Source: Candidatus Thorarchaeota archaeon (GTDB lineage Archaea > Asgardarchaeota > Thorarchaeia > Thorarchaeales > Thorarchaeaceae). From it: a stretch of DNA of 64,000 nt. The stretch spans positions 1 to 64,000 of the forward strand of contig JBHIAE010000005.1 in NCBI GenBank assembly GCA_046758445.1. Reading direction: 5' to 3'. Shown piece after piece: positions 39,932 to 49,570 of the stretch. The translations under genes and the position numbers were made by a program. Positions within the stretch are counted from its first letter, which is position 1, and each line of letters starts with the position of its first letter. A model generated the notes under the pieces. That model worked only from the letters and a program-made list of their open reading frames with translations, was not told the origin of the DNA and ran no database searches.

Positions 39932-42277
39932 CTAGCTGCTTCTCGAGAACTCCGTCCGTGCAATCACCTCATCCTGCACGAATGGATCTAGTTCTATGAA
40001 GTAAGCGCTATACCCTGCTACTCTGACTATAAGGTCTCTATGCTGCAAAGGATTGATTTTGGCATCTTCTAGAGTTTCTTTGTCGACCACATTGAATTGT
40101 ACGTGCAGTCCACCTAAGGCAAAGTAGCCCTCGATAAGACTAATGAACTTCTTCCGACTCGTGAGAGTGTCAAAGTAGTCTGGTGTGAATTTCATATTGT
40201 ACAGTGTCCCATTGTAGCAGAGTCTATGGTCCAAACGCGCCACCGACTTCATGGCCGCTGTGGGACCACGTACATCTCGATTCTGTGTTGGCGATACGCC
40301 ATCAGACAACATTATCCCTGCTTTTCTTCCATCCGGCGTTGCCCCGAGCACCTCTCCCTGGGGAATATACATAGATACCGAGAACAATGCACCATGGTAT
40401 GGGCCGTTTCTTGTAGTCATTCGGCTCTGAATTGACTTGCAGAACGCCCTGCCTGTGTCACGCGCGAGAAAGTCCACGCTCTCTATGTCGTTTCCATACT
40501 TGTCCGGATCATTCTCAAGGCGGACCCGAAGGTCCTCATGACCTTCAAAGTTGGTTGCAAGAGCATCAAGCATCTCTTCCATGGGGATACTCTTCTCTTC
40601 AAACACATGTTTCCTTAACATCGAAAGAGAATCTGCAACAATCCCAACTCCAACCCCCATTATGCCTCCGGAGTTGTATCTGACGCCTCCGTCTTGCATT
40701 GTCATTCCGTTTTCAAGGCAACCGTCAAGAAGTGCAGATATGAAGGGGGTTGGTGTCATCTTAGAAAGCATACCAGCCGCGATTCTGTCAGCTCTCGTGA
40801 GGAGTTCGATCGCATGGTCAATCTGCTTCTCATAGGCCCCCCACAGTTCATCGAACGATTTGAACTCGTTCGGATCACCAGTTTCTAGCCCTACGAGCGT
40901 TCTGCTTCGGGGGTCCCTTCCGTTGTTCAGAGTTATCTCAAGTATCTTAGGCAGATTCACATAACCGATATTCTGTCTGGCATCTGTCTTGCCTTCGATA
41001 ATTGGTTCGACACAGCCCAGAATTGAGTAGTTGTGAGCCTCATCCAGGTCTGTGCCCTTGTCAATCATCGTTGGTATTATGACCTCATCGTTGAAGATCC
41101 CTGGCATTCCAAGCCCCTTAGAGACCACATCGACAACTTTCAGCTTGAACTCTTCCGGCGTGCCTTGATGCCATCTGAAAGAAACTGTTGGTTGGGTGAC
41201 TCTCACGTTCGCCGTCACTTCGAGGACCAAGTCAGTCAGTTCATTACATACGTCTTTCCCTTCTGCGTCCTGACCCCCAATGGTCAGGTTCTGAAACATA
41301 GGGAACCCTGCAAAGGCAACACTGTAGTACTCGTTTCTCAGTTTGATGAGCGAGGCGAACTTGATCCACAGCATTTCAAGAAGGGCAACTGCATCGTCCC
41401 TTGTCAGTTCCCCTGAATCGATACTCTTCTTGTAGAGAGGATACAAGTACTGATCGAATCTACCAGTCGAAATGGAATGGCCATTTGACTCGGTCTGCAC
41501 CAACAATTGAATGAACCAGAACGACTGTATTGCCTCACGGAAGGTTCTGGCAGACTTGGCTGGCACCCTTCGACATATCTCTGCTATCTTCAGTAGCTCT
41601 TCTCTTCTGTCCGCATCTTCCTCTTGATGGGCAAGACTCTCAGCCAAGTCAGCAAACCTGTGTGCGTAGTGAATAATCCCTTCCATAGCAATCTCGACAG
41701 ACTCGTAGAAATGTTTCTGATTTGTTTCTTCGGCCCGCTTCTTTCGGTCAGATGCTTCCTCGGCAATCGCTTCAAGGCCTTCCTCTATTACTCTCTGATA
41801 ATCAACAATGACATGGCCTATTCCCGTTCCAGGAGCTCCTATCGTGAACAGTCCGGCTTTCGAAGCGCGCTGAGACTCCATCGGCATTTCTTCTTTGCAC
41901 AGCTCGGAGGTGCTCTTTCCACGCCAATACTCGAACACCTCTCTCAGTGCTTCTTTGTCTTTCTCGCCTATCTCAAATCTCTCTGTCCTTCTCTTGTTGA
42001 ATCGGTCCAACTCTTGATTGATCCATGTCCAACTGTATTCCGGGAAGATCTGACAAGAACGGGGAGTGGGTCCCATGTTTCCAACTATGATCTCTTCCGG
42101 CTCTATACGGAGTGTCATGTTGGCGAGAACATGTGAGAAAGCCTTGGCAAGTCGAATCTGTGTTGGTTCCTCTTCATGACTCATGACGTAGTCTGTGAAC
42201 CGCCTGGCTCTCTCAGATGATATTGTTGGCTGAGCCTCTAACATTCTATCGCGCAAGCGACCGGTCCGAGAGTTCAT
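39932..42277 (-). CDS. Glycyl radical enzyme (PFL-like, dehydratase/eliminase class)
   Basis: C-terminal RVAGYS glycyl loop, LGCVEP thiyl loop, ESNGHSIS, GIGHVIVDY, ATPDGR. Confidence 0.95.
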   Translation of the reverse strand: MNSRTGRLRDRMLEAQPTISSERARRFTDYVMSHEEEPTQIRLAKAFSHVLANMTLRIEPEEIIVGNMGPTPRSCQIFPEYSWTWINQELDRFNKRRTERFEIGEKDKEALREVFEYWRGKSTSELCKEEMPMESQRASKAGLFTIGAPGTGIGHVIVDYQRVIEEGLEAIAEEASDRKKRAEETNQKHFYESVEIAMEGIIHYAHRFADLAESLAHQEEDADRREELLKIAEICRRVPAKSARTFREAIQSFWFIQLLVQTESNGHSISTGRFDQYLYPLYKKSIDSGELTRDDAVALLEMLWIKFASLIKLRNEYYSVAFAGFPMFQNLTIGGQDAEGKDVCNELTDLVLEVTANVRVTQPTVSFRWHQGTPEEFKLKVVDVVSKGLGMPGIFNDEVIIPTMIDKGTDLDEAHNYSILGCVEPIIEGKTDARQNIGYVNLPKILEITLNNGRDPRSRTLVGLETGDPNEFKSFDELWGAYEKQIDHAIELLTRADRIAAGMLSKMTPTPFISALLDGCLENGMTMQDGGVRYNSGGIMGVGVGIVADSLSMLRKHVFEEKSIPMEEMLDALATNFEGHEDLRVRLENDPDKYGNDIESVDFLARDTGRAFCKSIQSRMTTRNGPYHGALFSVSMYIPQGEVLGATPDGRKAGIMLSDGVSPTQNRDVRGPTAAMKSVARLDHRLCYNGTLYNMKFTPDYFDTLTSRKKFISLIEGYFALGGLHVQFNVVDKETLEDAKINPLQHRDLIVRVAGYSAYFIELDPFVQDEVIARTEFSRSS

Positions 42278-42330
42278 CCCATGCAGTATCTCCCAGAGAG
42301 CTATTTACTCTTCCTCTTGCGGTCTTTCTT

Positions 42331-43491
42331 CTACTTGAGAAGCTTTGGAACGTAGGAATCCAACCGCTGGATGGCTTCTTCAATCACTTCAGTAGACATG
42401 GCGTAGCATATGCGCAGGAATCCTTCGCCGTACTTGCCGAAGGCAGAGCCATGGACGGTAACAACACCTGTTTCTTCCAGAAGTCTGATTGCCAAGTCCC
42501 AGCTGGCCAATCCATACCTTGAAACATCAGGGAACACATAGAAAGCTCCGCCTGGTGGACTCAGTTCTATTCCTTCTATTGCCTGAAGCCCCTTGGTAAT
42601 GGTATCACGGCGTCTTCGGAACGTATCTGTCATCCTCTTCACAGAATCTTGGGGCCCTCTTACTGCCGCCTCGGCCGCCTTCTGAGATATTGAGGTTGGC
42701 ATGGACAGGACGTGTTCTTGTAACTTCACCATACTCGATATTATCTCAGATGGCCCAGTCGAGAAACCAATTCGCCATCCAGTCATCGCGTAGGTCTTAG
42801 AGAATGAGAAGAGCGTAACAGTTCTCTCCTTCATTCCGGGCAGAGAAGCAATGAACAAGGGCTTTTCATCATCCCATCGGAACTTCTCGTATGCTTGGTC
42901 GGATAAGACCACGAGATCGTTTTCAATGGCAATCTCAGCCACTCTCTTCAGTTCCTTCGCGGGCATTGTGCCCCCTGTAGGATTGTTCGGGAAGTTGAGT
43001 ACGAGCAGCTTCGTTTTGTCTGTGATAAGGGGTTCAAGATCTTCTGCTTTGAAGGAGAACCCAAGGTCTCTCTTGAGCTGCACAGCGATACCTTTGCCGC
43101 CACACAAAGTGACATGCGCCGGGTGGCTGACAAATCCGGGATCAGGATAGATTACTTCGTCGCCGGGGTCGACAAGCACAAGGTTTGCGAGAAGCAGAGA
43201 CCCCATCCCACCACCCGTGCAGATAATCTCGGTCTTGGGATCCGCCTCTATTCCGTTGTCTCGTTTCAGTTTCTCCGCAAATGCCTCACGGACTTCCAGC
43301 ATTCCGGCATTCAACGTGTATTTTGTGTATCCCTCATCGATGGCTCTCTTGGCAGCATCTTTGATATACTGAGGTGTGTCGAAATCTGGAAGTCCAACTG
43401 TCATGTCGAGTGCGTTCTCATGTCCTTTGGCCATGTTGAACATCTTGCGAATTTCGCTTGCAACAATCATTTGGTTCCTCTGAGCGAGCAT
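42331..43491 (-). CDS. PLP-dependent aminotransferase class I/II
   Basis: GLPDF, YTLNAG, NFPNNPTG, DQAY, SFSKTYAMTGWRIG, GAFY; ATG 43491. Confidence 0.93.
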   Translation of the reverse strand: MLAQRNQMIVASEIRKMFNMAKGHENALDMTVGLPDFDTPQYIKDAAKRAIDEGYTKYTLNAGMLEVREAFAEKLKRDNGIEADPKTEIICTGGGMGSLLLANLVLVDPGDEVIYPDPGFVSHPAHVTLCGGKGIAVQLKRDLGFSFKAEDLEPLITDKTKLLVLNFPNNPTGGTMPAKELKRVAEIAIENDLVVLSDQAYEKFRWDDEKPLFIASLPGMKERTVTLFSFSKTYAMTGWRIGFSTGPSEIISSMVKLQEHVLSMPTSISQKAAEAAVRGPQDSVKRMTDTFRRRRDTITKGLQAIEGIELSPPGGAFYVFPDVSRYGLASWDLAIRLLEETGVVTVHGSAFGKYGEGFLRICYAMSTEVIEEAIQRLDSYVPKLLK

Positions 43492-43644
43492 GGGACATCT
43501 CCTCGAGCACGCGGAGCCTTGCCTCTTTATATAATATGTCAATGGGGTCCGATTCAGAGGTCAGAGATTGAAGACAATGCGTCAGAGTAGATTTAAGGCA
43601 CTTGTCGGACGTGGCGCAGTATCTCTACAAATGGAGGCCACCAT

Positions 43645-44313
43645 GTGACCAGCAAGAAGACAAAGATAATCGATAGGACCCTTAGACTGTATGTAGCAGC
43701 GCTATCCGACGCGGCTGATGAAGTTGGGATTGGAAGGGTATGTATGGATCGCGGTATTGTCCCACTGACCATCAACAAGAGGATGGCCGGATTTGCTAGA
43801 ACTGGAAAGCTAGTAAGACCTCCAGCTCAGCGGCCATATGATGAGGCACAGCTAGACATGTTCATGAGTCTCGCAACAGAGGCCCAGGTTGATGATCTGG
43901 TCGTAATCGATTCTGGAAAGGCCGATGATTGCTCTGTCTGGGGTCAGATCCTCACGAAAATCGGGATAGCAAAGGGACTAAGAGGGGCAGTCGTGGACGG
44001 GACCTCACGCGATATCGATGACATAGACAAGACAGGATTCGTAGTCTTTGCGCGTGGGTTGCATCCTGGGACCATGAGGGGACGCCTTGACATGGAGTCG
44101 ATTAGTGAGCCGATTGTTTGCGGTGGCGTGACTGTCCATCCGGGTGATCTTGTCTTTGCTGACGCTGATGGTGTTGCTGTCATTCCTCAAGACAAGATAG
44201 ATGCGGTTCTTACGCATGCCGAGGAAGTTGTAGACACAGACAGCTGGTGGGCAAAGAAGCTGGATGACGGCGAGGACCCCCACGACCTGCACAAAGAGAA
44301 ACCGATACCCTAG
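43645..44313 (+). CDS. RraA family protein (HMG/CHA aldolase-like)
   Basis: ALSDA, WGQIL, VVDGTSRD, VHPGDLVFADADGV. Confidence 0.88.
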   Translation: MTSKKTKIIDRTLRLYVAALSDAADEVGIGRVCMDRGIVPLTINKRMAGFARTGKLVRPPAQRPYDEAQLDMFMSLATEAQVDDLVVIDSGKADDCSVWGQILTKIGIAKGLRGAVVDGTSRDIDDIDKTGFVVFARGLHPGTMRGRLDMESISEPIVCGGVTVHPGDLVFADADGVAVIPQDKIDAVLTHAEEVVDTDSWWAKKLDDGEDPHDLHKEKPIP

Positions 44314-44322
44314 CAGCAACGA

Positions 44323-45453
44323 TCACAAGTCAATTGGATACCGACCTCGTTTCTCGGCGTAGTCATACATCTCCAGGACCTTCTCAGGTGTAGAGTCTGG
44401 CTGAATGTTGTGCGCAGGTGCTAGGAGATAGCCGCCTCCGGGAGCGAGTGCGTTTAGCCGTGTATCAATCTCAGATCTGACATCCTCAAGCGTACCTCGT
44501 TCAGACATTGCGCGCTGAAGATCTATGCCACCATGGAAGGTCAATCGATCTCCGTACTTCTCCTTGAGGGTAGCGGAGTCCATGCCCTTTGCCAGGGGCT
44601 GGATAGGATTCAGAATGTCTACGCCCACGTCGATCAAGTCATCAATCATGGGCTCTATCGCTCCGCAACTGTGAAAGAGAACCTTAACATTGGGAGCTCT
44701 CTTGTGAATGTCACCGTAGATCTTCTTGTGCCGCGGTTTGACAAGTTTCCGATACATTCGTGGGCTCATTATCAGTCCATCTTGATGCCCCAGATCATCG
44801 CCAACCTGTACAAGGTCAAGGTACTCACCAACCTCATCTAGAAGCACGCGGTTCATGTCGAGGGCGAGCTGCATCGCCTTTTCCATCATTGCCTCTGCAA
44901 GTTTCGTGTTTTGACCTAGATCAATCAAGAATCTGTCAAACCCACGCATGTAGTGTTCCAGGATCTCGAAGACGCCCCACGGTCCTCCTACCATTCCCAC
45001 AACTGCAGTATCGGTCTTCTCATGAAGATGCTTTGCCCATTCAACCACTCCCTCCATCCTGGAAGAATCGTCGGCGTCTGGCCACTCGTACTCCTCGATT
45101 TGCTCTACTTCTTCAAAGTCAGCCCAAGGAAAATGAGTCACTTCCCAATAGTAACCGACGTATTTTCCCCGGAATCCATACTCTGTGTCTGTGGAACCGT
45201 CAGGATAGGTCTTCATCTTGAAACTAGATGATTGTTTCATGTATACTCGACGGAAATCCACATGGAGTCGACGAAGCATCTCTTCGGAGATGTTCCAAGT
45301 TTCCATTATCCCCCACTCTTGGTCCTCTGTGGCGGTCACACCAAGGTGGTTTCGCAGACTCCTATAGGCCGCAGATGTGGTCCAATAGTCGATTGGGACT
45401 CTATCTGGTTCTTCGTGGCTTACGGCTCTATGGAATCTTTCTCTCGGCTTCAT
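44323..45453 (-). CDS. Uroporphyrinogen decarboxylase-like (URO-D/MtaA-CmuA) family protein
   Basis: RERFHRAVSHEEPDRVP, MRGF, GDDLG, HSCG, NPIQP, GGID, APAHNIQ. Confidence 0.88.
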   Translation of the reverse strand: MKPRERFHRAVSHEEPDRVPIDYWTTSAAYRSLRNHLGVTATEDQEWGIMETWNISEEMLRRLHVDFRRVYMKQSSSFKMKTYPDGSTDTEYGFRGKYVGYYWEVTHFPWADFEEVEQIEEYEWPDADDSSRMEGVVEWAKHLHEKTDTAVVGMVGGPWGVFEILEHYMRGFDRFLIDLGQNTKLAEAMMEKAMQLALDMNRVLLDEVGEYLDLVQVGDDLGHQDGLIMSPRMYRKLVKPRHKKIYGDIHKRAPNVKVLFHSCGAIEPMIDDLIDVGVDILNPIQPLAKGMDSATLKEKYGDRLTFHGGIDLQRAMSERGTLEDVRSEIDTRLNALAPGGGYLLAPAHNIQPDSTPEKVLEMYDYAEKRGRYPIDL

Positions 45454-45467
45454 GTTCCTTTGACTCC

Positions 45468-45482
45468 TTGTGTGTCACACAA
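45468..45482. promoter_or_regulatory. Palindromic operator-like site
   Basis: TTGTGTG-T-CACACAA perfect 7-1-7 inverted repeat 14 bp upstream of the URO-D-like start, in a divergent intergenic region. Confidence 0.4.
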
Positions 45483-45595
45483 TGTACTGACTCGCAGTTT
45501 AACTTCCCGTTGAGATGCAATCTCTATTAAACCTTCAGCGGAAACGTTTATCTAGCTCACGGAGTTCAAGCGTCTTCCTAAGGAGGTTGTGCAAG

Positions 45596-45751
45596 ATGGG
45601 AAAGATGAAGGTCGCGATTCTCTGTTGTCCAGAGGATTTCAGGATGGAATCGGTTGAAATCTGGAAACCGGGCCCGAGATGGCTCCTGATAAGCGTAGGA
45701 CCTGTTAACGTGGGCAAGTATTTCGGACACGGGATGTATGAAGAATGGTAG
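45596..45751 (+). pseudogene. Remnant of a Zn-dependent alcohol/polyol dehydrogenase N-terminus
   Basis: AGGAGG SD, then MGKMKVAILCCPEDFRMESVEIWKPGPRWLLISVG resembling MKAAVL-GP-DLR-E-V--P-PG--EVL-KV; stops after 51 aa. Confidence 0.55.
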
Positions 45752-46215
45752 CACCATCTGCTGATGATGTTAGAGTAGTTGGTATGTCGACCGTTGCCTC
45801 CGCACATGTTGTCTACGTGGAAACCGTTCGGGCCGCCTTTGGTAAGAAGGGACTCGAAGCGCTGGCCGAAGCGAATCGTCTACATGGACTGGAGCTCGGG
45901 GAGCAGGGTGTCAAGGACGGAGGTCTCAGAAAGGGTGATTTGAATTCAATTCATGACTTCTTTGCAGCTGCATATCCGTACTTCGGATTTGTCCTGGAGA
46001 TTGCTGATGCATCCGATCGACTGTTGGATCTGAAAGTGACTGAATGTCCATGGATTGACACTTTCCGTACTAAGAACGCCAATGATGATATCTGCCACTG
46101 GGTCACGAAGATTGACGAAGGAATCGGTCAGGCCGTAGATCCCGGTCTCAGGATGACTCTTCCAATGTGTATGATGCGAGGAGATGACCACTGCATCTAC
46201 AGATGGGAAAAATAG
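45745..46215 (+). CDS. L-2-amino-thiazoline-4-carboxylate hydrolase/V4R-like protein
   Basis: VTECPW, IC...IDEG, LPMCMMRGDDHCIYRW. Confidence 0.75.
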   Translation: MVAPSADDVRVVGMSTVASAHVVYVETVRAAFGKKGLEALAEANRLHGLELGEQGVKDGGLRKGDLNSIHDFFAAAYPYFGFVLEIADASDRLLDLKVTECPWIDTFRTKNANDDICHWVTKIDEGIGQAVDPGLRMTLPMCMMRGDDHCIYRWEK

Positions 46216-46402
46216 CATCTGAGTAAGTCAAATCGACTCAAATCCAACAGGCATCTTTGCCTACGAGGTCCGCGGCCACGTTCCGTCTTCAAACGACTTT
46301 AAATCAAATTAAGACACACCGGAGCTCTTAATTAACACCTTCTGAATCACCAGTGATTTGAGGATGATTGTCTGCAGCTAGACACTTATGGAGAGCCTTG
46401 TC

Positions 46403-47785
46403 ATGGTCGATGTGAAGAAGATCACTCAACTTTTGTCCGATGCTACTAGTCCCGACAGGGTCACTGACAAGGACTTCGATCTCATTTCCTATAGCAGAGA
46501 TTTGAGCCCCGCGAAGCAGAAACTTCCATCTCACGTTGTACTGGCAGAAACCCGGGAGGAGATTCAGAAGATTCTTGCGATTGCGAACAAGAATGATGTC
46601 CCGGTCTATATACGGGGCGGAGGCACTTCCCATTGGGATGCTTTTTTGCCTCAGGAACCAGGCATTATGGTTGACCTAGCACGTATGAATAAGGTCCTTG
46701 AAATAAACGAGAGAGACCTTGTAGTGACAGTGCAGCCGAACTGCACCTGGGCGAAGATGGATGAAGAACTACGGAAGAGAGGCCTGACGTATCTTTGCAG
46801 TGAAGCCGGAGGCCCGGCTATGACCGTGGGCGGTTCTGTCATGAAGGCAGGTGGCGGACCACATTCCACGGCCAAGTTCGGCTTCCACGGCAACCAAGAT
46901 GTGATTTGTCTGGAGATGGTGCTACCCAATGGCGACGTTGTCCAGACTGGTTCCGCGGCTTGGCCGAGTGCAGGGAAGTTTGAGCGACAATGCCTTGGAC
47001 CAGACTTGGCTGGAATGTTTCTAGGAGCTGAAGGAATACTGGGTGTTTGCACCGAGTTGAGTCTTCGGATTCGTCCAGCCGTTGATTTCAAGGAACGATT
47101 GAGCGCAGTCTTACCCACACTTGACGATGTAGTTGAGTTTGGCCATTTCATAAACAGGCATGTGGGCGACGAGTACCTACAAGGAATCTACCTATGGGTT
47201 GCCCCAGACACCCCAGATCTCTTCTTCATAATGATGGACATCTTCGGATATGAGCCTGAGATTGTGAAGCACCGCAAGAAGAAGATACTGGACAAGATTG
47301 CTGAACTGGGTGGAGAGATTGCAGACCGTGCTCCAGCAGACGACTATTATGACCGCATTCTGACAGGGCTCACAGACTTGTTCACTGCTGGTGTCTGGCA
47401 CTTCTTTGGTGCTGGGTCTCTCAGAATAGATGACATCAAGTTCCTGTACAAGATATGGCGAGAGGAGTTACTTGAGAAACGTGGCTACACGAAGGCTGGA
47501 TTCGGTGGACAGGTCCTACCACGAAGATGGCTGGCTTTCATGGTCACTAACTACAAGGAGCCAGAGGAATGGGAGGAACTTGTGAAGATGGCCGACGAGA
47601 TCGACGAGATGACCTTGAAAGGCCCGGTAGTACCCTACGGAGTGGGAGGACGAGACGGGCTTCGCCAATTCGTGGCTTCGCATGATACAGGCTACTATCG
47701 ATTGCTCAAGACACTCAAGCAGACTTTGGACCCAAAGAACATTCTACAGCGAGGCATATTCATCCCGGAGGAGGAGTTGCAGTGA
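46403..47785 (+). CDS. FAD-binding oxidoreductase, GlcD/D-lactate dehydrogenase-like
   Basis: RGGGTS, VDLARMNKVLEI, TVGG, LEMVLPNG, GAEGILG, LDPKNIL. Confidence 0.88.
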   Translation: MVDVKKITQLLSDATSPDRVTDKDFDLISYSRDLSPAKQKLPSHVVLAETREEIQKILAIANKNDVPVYIRGGGTSHWDAFLPQEPGIMVDLARMNKVLEINERDLVVTVQPNCTWAKMDEELRKRGLTYLCSEAGGPAMTVGGSVMKAGGGPHSTAKFGFHGNQDVICLEMVLPNGDVVQTGSAAWPSAGKFERQCLGPDLAGMFLGAEGILGVCTELSLRIRPAVDFKERLSAVLPTLDDVVEFGHFINRHVGDEYLQGIYLWVAPDTPDLFFIMMDIFGYEPEIVKHRKKKILDKIAELGGEIADRAPADDYYDRILTGLTDLFTAGVWHFFGAGSLRIDDIKFLYKIWREELLEKRGYTKAGFGGQVLPRRWLAFMVTNYKEPEEWEELVKMADEIDEMTLKGPVVPYGVGGRDGLRQFVASHDTGYYRLLKTLKQTLDPKNILQRGIFIPEEELQ

Positions 47786-48978
47786 GAATCGAGGAATTCA
47801 AGGATATGATCTATGCCTGCGGCAGGTGCAACTTCTGTAGAGGCACAGATTTCAATGAGCGCTGCCCAGAGGTGTTCACTCAGTTGTGGGAATCATCCAC
47901 ACTCCGCGGTCGGATGGCGATTGCCAGAGGAATCCTTGAGGGTCAACTTGACTATTCAGACGACTTGGCTGAGCGCATCTTCGGATGCTTCATGTGTGGG
48001 CGGTGCAGAGAGGAGTGCAAGAAGGCTGCTCAGATTGATGCTATTGCCATCACTAAAGCAATGCGAGCAGATTTTGTCGATAAAGGTGTCAAGATTCCCG
48101 AGGGTGGCACCAACATGGTAGATACTGCCATAGACTCAGGTAACATCTTCGCTGACACTCCTGCTAGACATACGAAGTGGGCTGAGGGATTGACATTCAA
48201 GGAGGGCTCAGGGACTCTATTCTATCCCGGATGTCTGGCAAGTCATAGATTCAAAGAGAAGACTAACATCTTGGTCAAAGTCCTACAAGCCGCGGGATAC
48301 GAGCTCGACTTCCTGGGCGACGACCAGACATGCTGCGGTACACCATTTTGGATATCAGGAAAGGTCGGGAATGCGAAGGAATGGGCCGAGAACTACCTCA
48401 AGAAGCTGAATGCACGCGGAGTGAAGGAGATCATTACTCCATGTCCGAGCTGCTTCAGAGCTTTTGATGAAGAGTATCCAGCTCTGTTGGGACTGGAGGA
48501 GTTTCCAATCCGAATCAGGCACACCAGTGAAGTGCTCGAAGAGATAGTGGACAAGAAGAAGCTGAAGTTCAAGGTTTCTCTTGACAAGCGTGTCACCTAT
48601 CACGATCCATGTGAGATTGGACGGTATAGAGAGATCTATGATCCTGGTAGGAAGGTTTTGTCCTCACTGCCAGGAGTAGAGTATGTGGAAATGTCAAGAT
48701 ACCGTGAGGAGGCATTCTGTTGCGGTGGAGGTGGCGGTGTCAAGATCATGTACGAGAATCACTCAAACAAAGTCGCCGAGGAACGAATCAATGACTTCAT
48801 CGACACGGAGGCCGACATTCTAACTACAGTTTGTCCTGCCTGCGAAATGAACCTTACTCATGGCACCTATGCGGCGGATGTCGAGGCGAGAGTTCTGGAC
48901 ATTGCTGAACTGATTGCGGTTGCCGCAGGAATTGTAGACAAGGGAATCCTTGAGCCAGACTATTTCCCAGAAGATTGA
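47782..48978 (+). CDS. (Fe-S)-binding CCG-domain protein, GlcF/HdrD-like
   Basis: CGRCNFC, CFMCGRC, YPGC, CCG, CPSC, HDPC, CCGGGGG, CPAC; GTGA overlap with the upstream gene. Confidence 0.9.
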   Translation: MRIEEFKDMIYACGRCNFCRGTDFNERCPEVFTQLWESSTLRGRMAIARGILEGQLDYSDDLAERIFGCFMCGRCREECKKAAQIDAIAITKAMRADFVDKGVKIPEGGTNMVDTAIDSGNIFADTPARHTKWAEGLTFKEGSGTLFYPGCLASHRFKEKTNILVKVLQAAGYELDFLGDDQTCCGTPFWISGKVGNAKEWAENYLKKLNARGVKEIITPCPSCFRAFDEEYPALLGLEEFPIRIRHTSEVLEEIVDKKKLKFKVSLDKRVTYHDPCEIGRYREIYDPGRKVLSSLPGVEYVEMSRYREEAFCCGGGGGVKIMYENHSNKVAEERINDFIDTEADILTTVCPACEMNLTHGTYAADVEARVLDIAELIAVAAGIVDKGILEPDYFPED

Positions 48979-49032
48979 CTGCACGGAAGCTGATCCCTGT
49001 CGCAATCCTTGATGCAAGAAGCTGCAACAGCA

Positions 49033-49323
49033 CTACCCGCCGACGGCTGCTATCATGAAGACAATGAGGTCTCCTTTTGAGAGCTTGGTCCTCTCTCCCT
49101 GATGTGCGACCATGTTCTTCCCATTCACAAGAACGATTGCGTCGCGCCTGAGTCTTCTACTCCCCTTCTCTTCAAGGTAGGGTTCAAACCTGTCTTCAAA
49201 CTTGTCCTGTAGCTCGTCAATCAGGTCTCTCACGGTCGCTCCCTCTTTAGTTTCAAAGCTAAACTTATCATGTTCGTGGGATTTCAATCCGCGATTCATG
49301 AGCTTCACGAAGACTTCAGTCAT
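49033..49323 (-). CDS. MoaD/ThiS ubiquitin-like sulfur carrier
   Basis: TVRDLI, VLVNG, L.KGD, C-terminal VGG. Confidence 0.85.
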   Translation of the reverse strand: MTEVFVKLMNRGLKSHEHDKFSFETKEGATVRDLIDELQDKFEDRFEPYLEEKGSRRLRRDAIVLVNGKNMVAHQGERTKLSKGDLIVFMIAAVGG

Positions 49324-49570
49324 TTGACCACACCTTTGGCCTTGTGGTCTAGATACCTAAAGTTTAAGTTAAATATGACGGAGCTGGACTCTAGCAGGCA
49401 GGCATTAGACATATTCTAGGTCTTAAAGTGTTGAATCCTCTACTGAGTGTTGAACAATGCGTTGCTTTGTCTGCACGAAAGAGATATAGCCTATTCATGG
49501 TTCGCGCATTGTACAAACGAGAACAGGGAATTAGCCACTGACAGGGAAAAGCGAAGGTTGCTGGTCTACG

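Noticed and set aside
39932-42277. Calling the GRE pyruvate formate-lyase, CutC or HypD
   Set aside because: It has the single-Cys GCVE loop rather than the PFL CC pair, and the pocket motifs and gene context (no microcompartment or P5C reductase genes) do not support CutC or HypD
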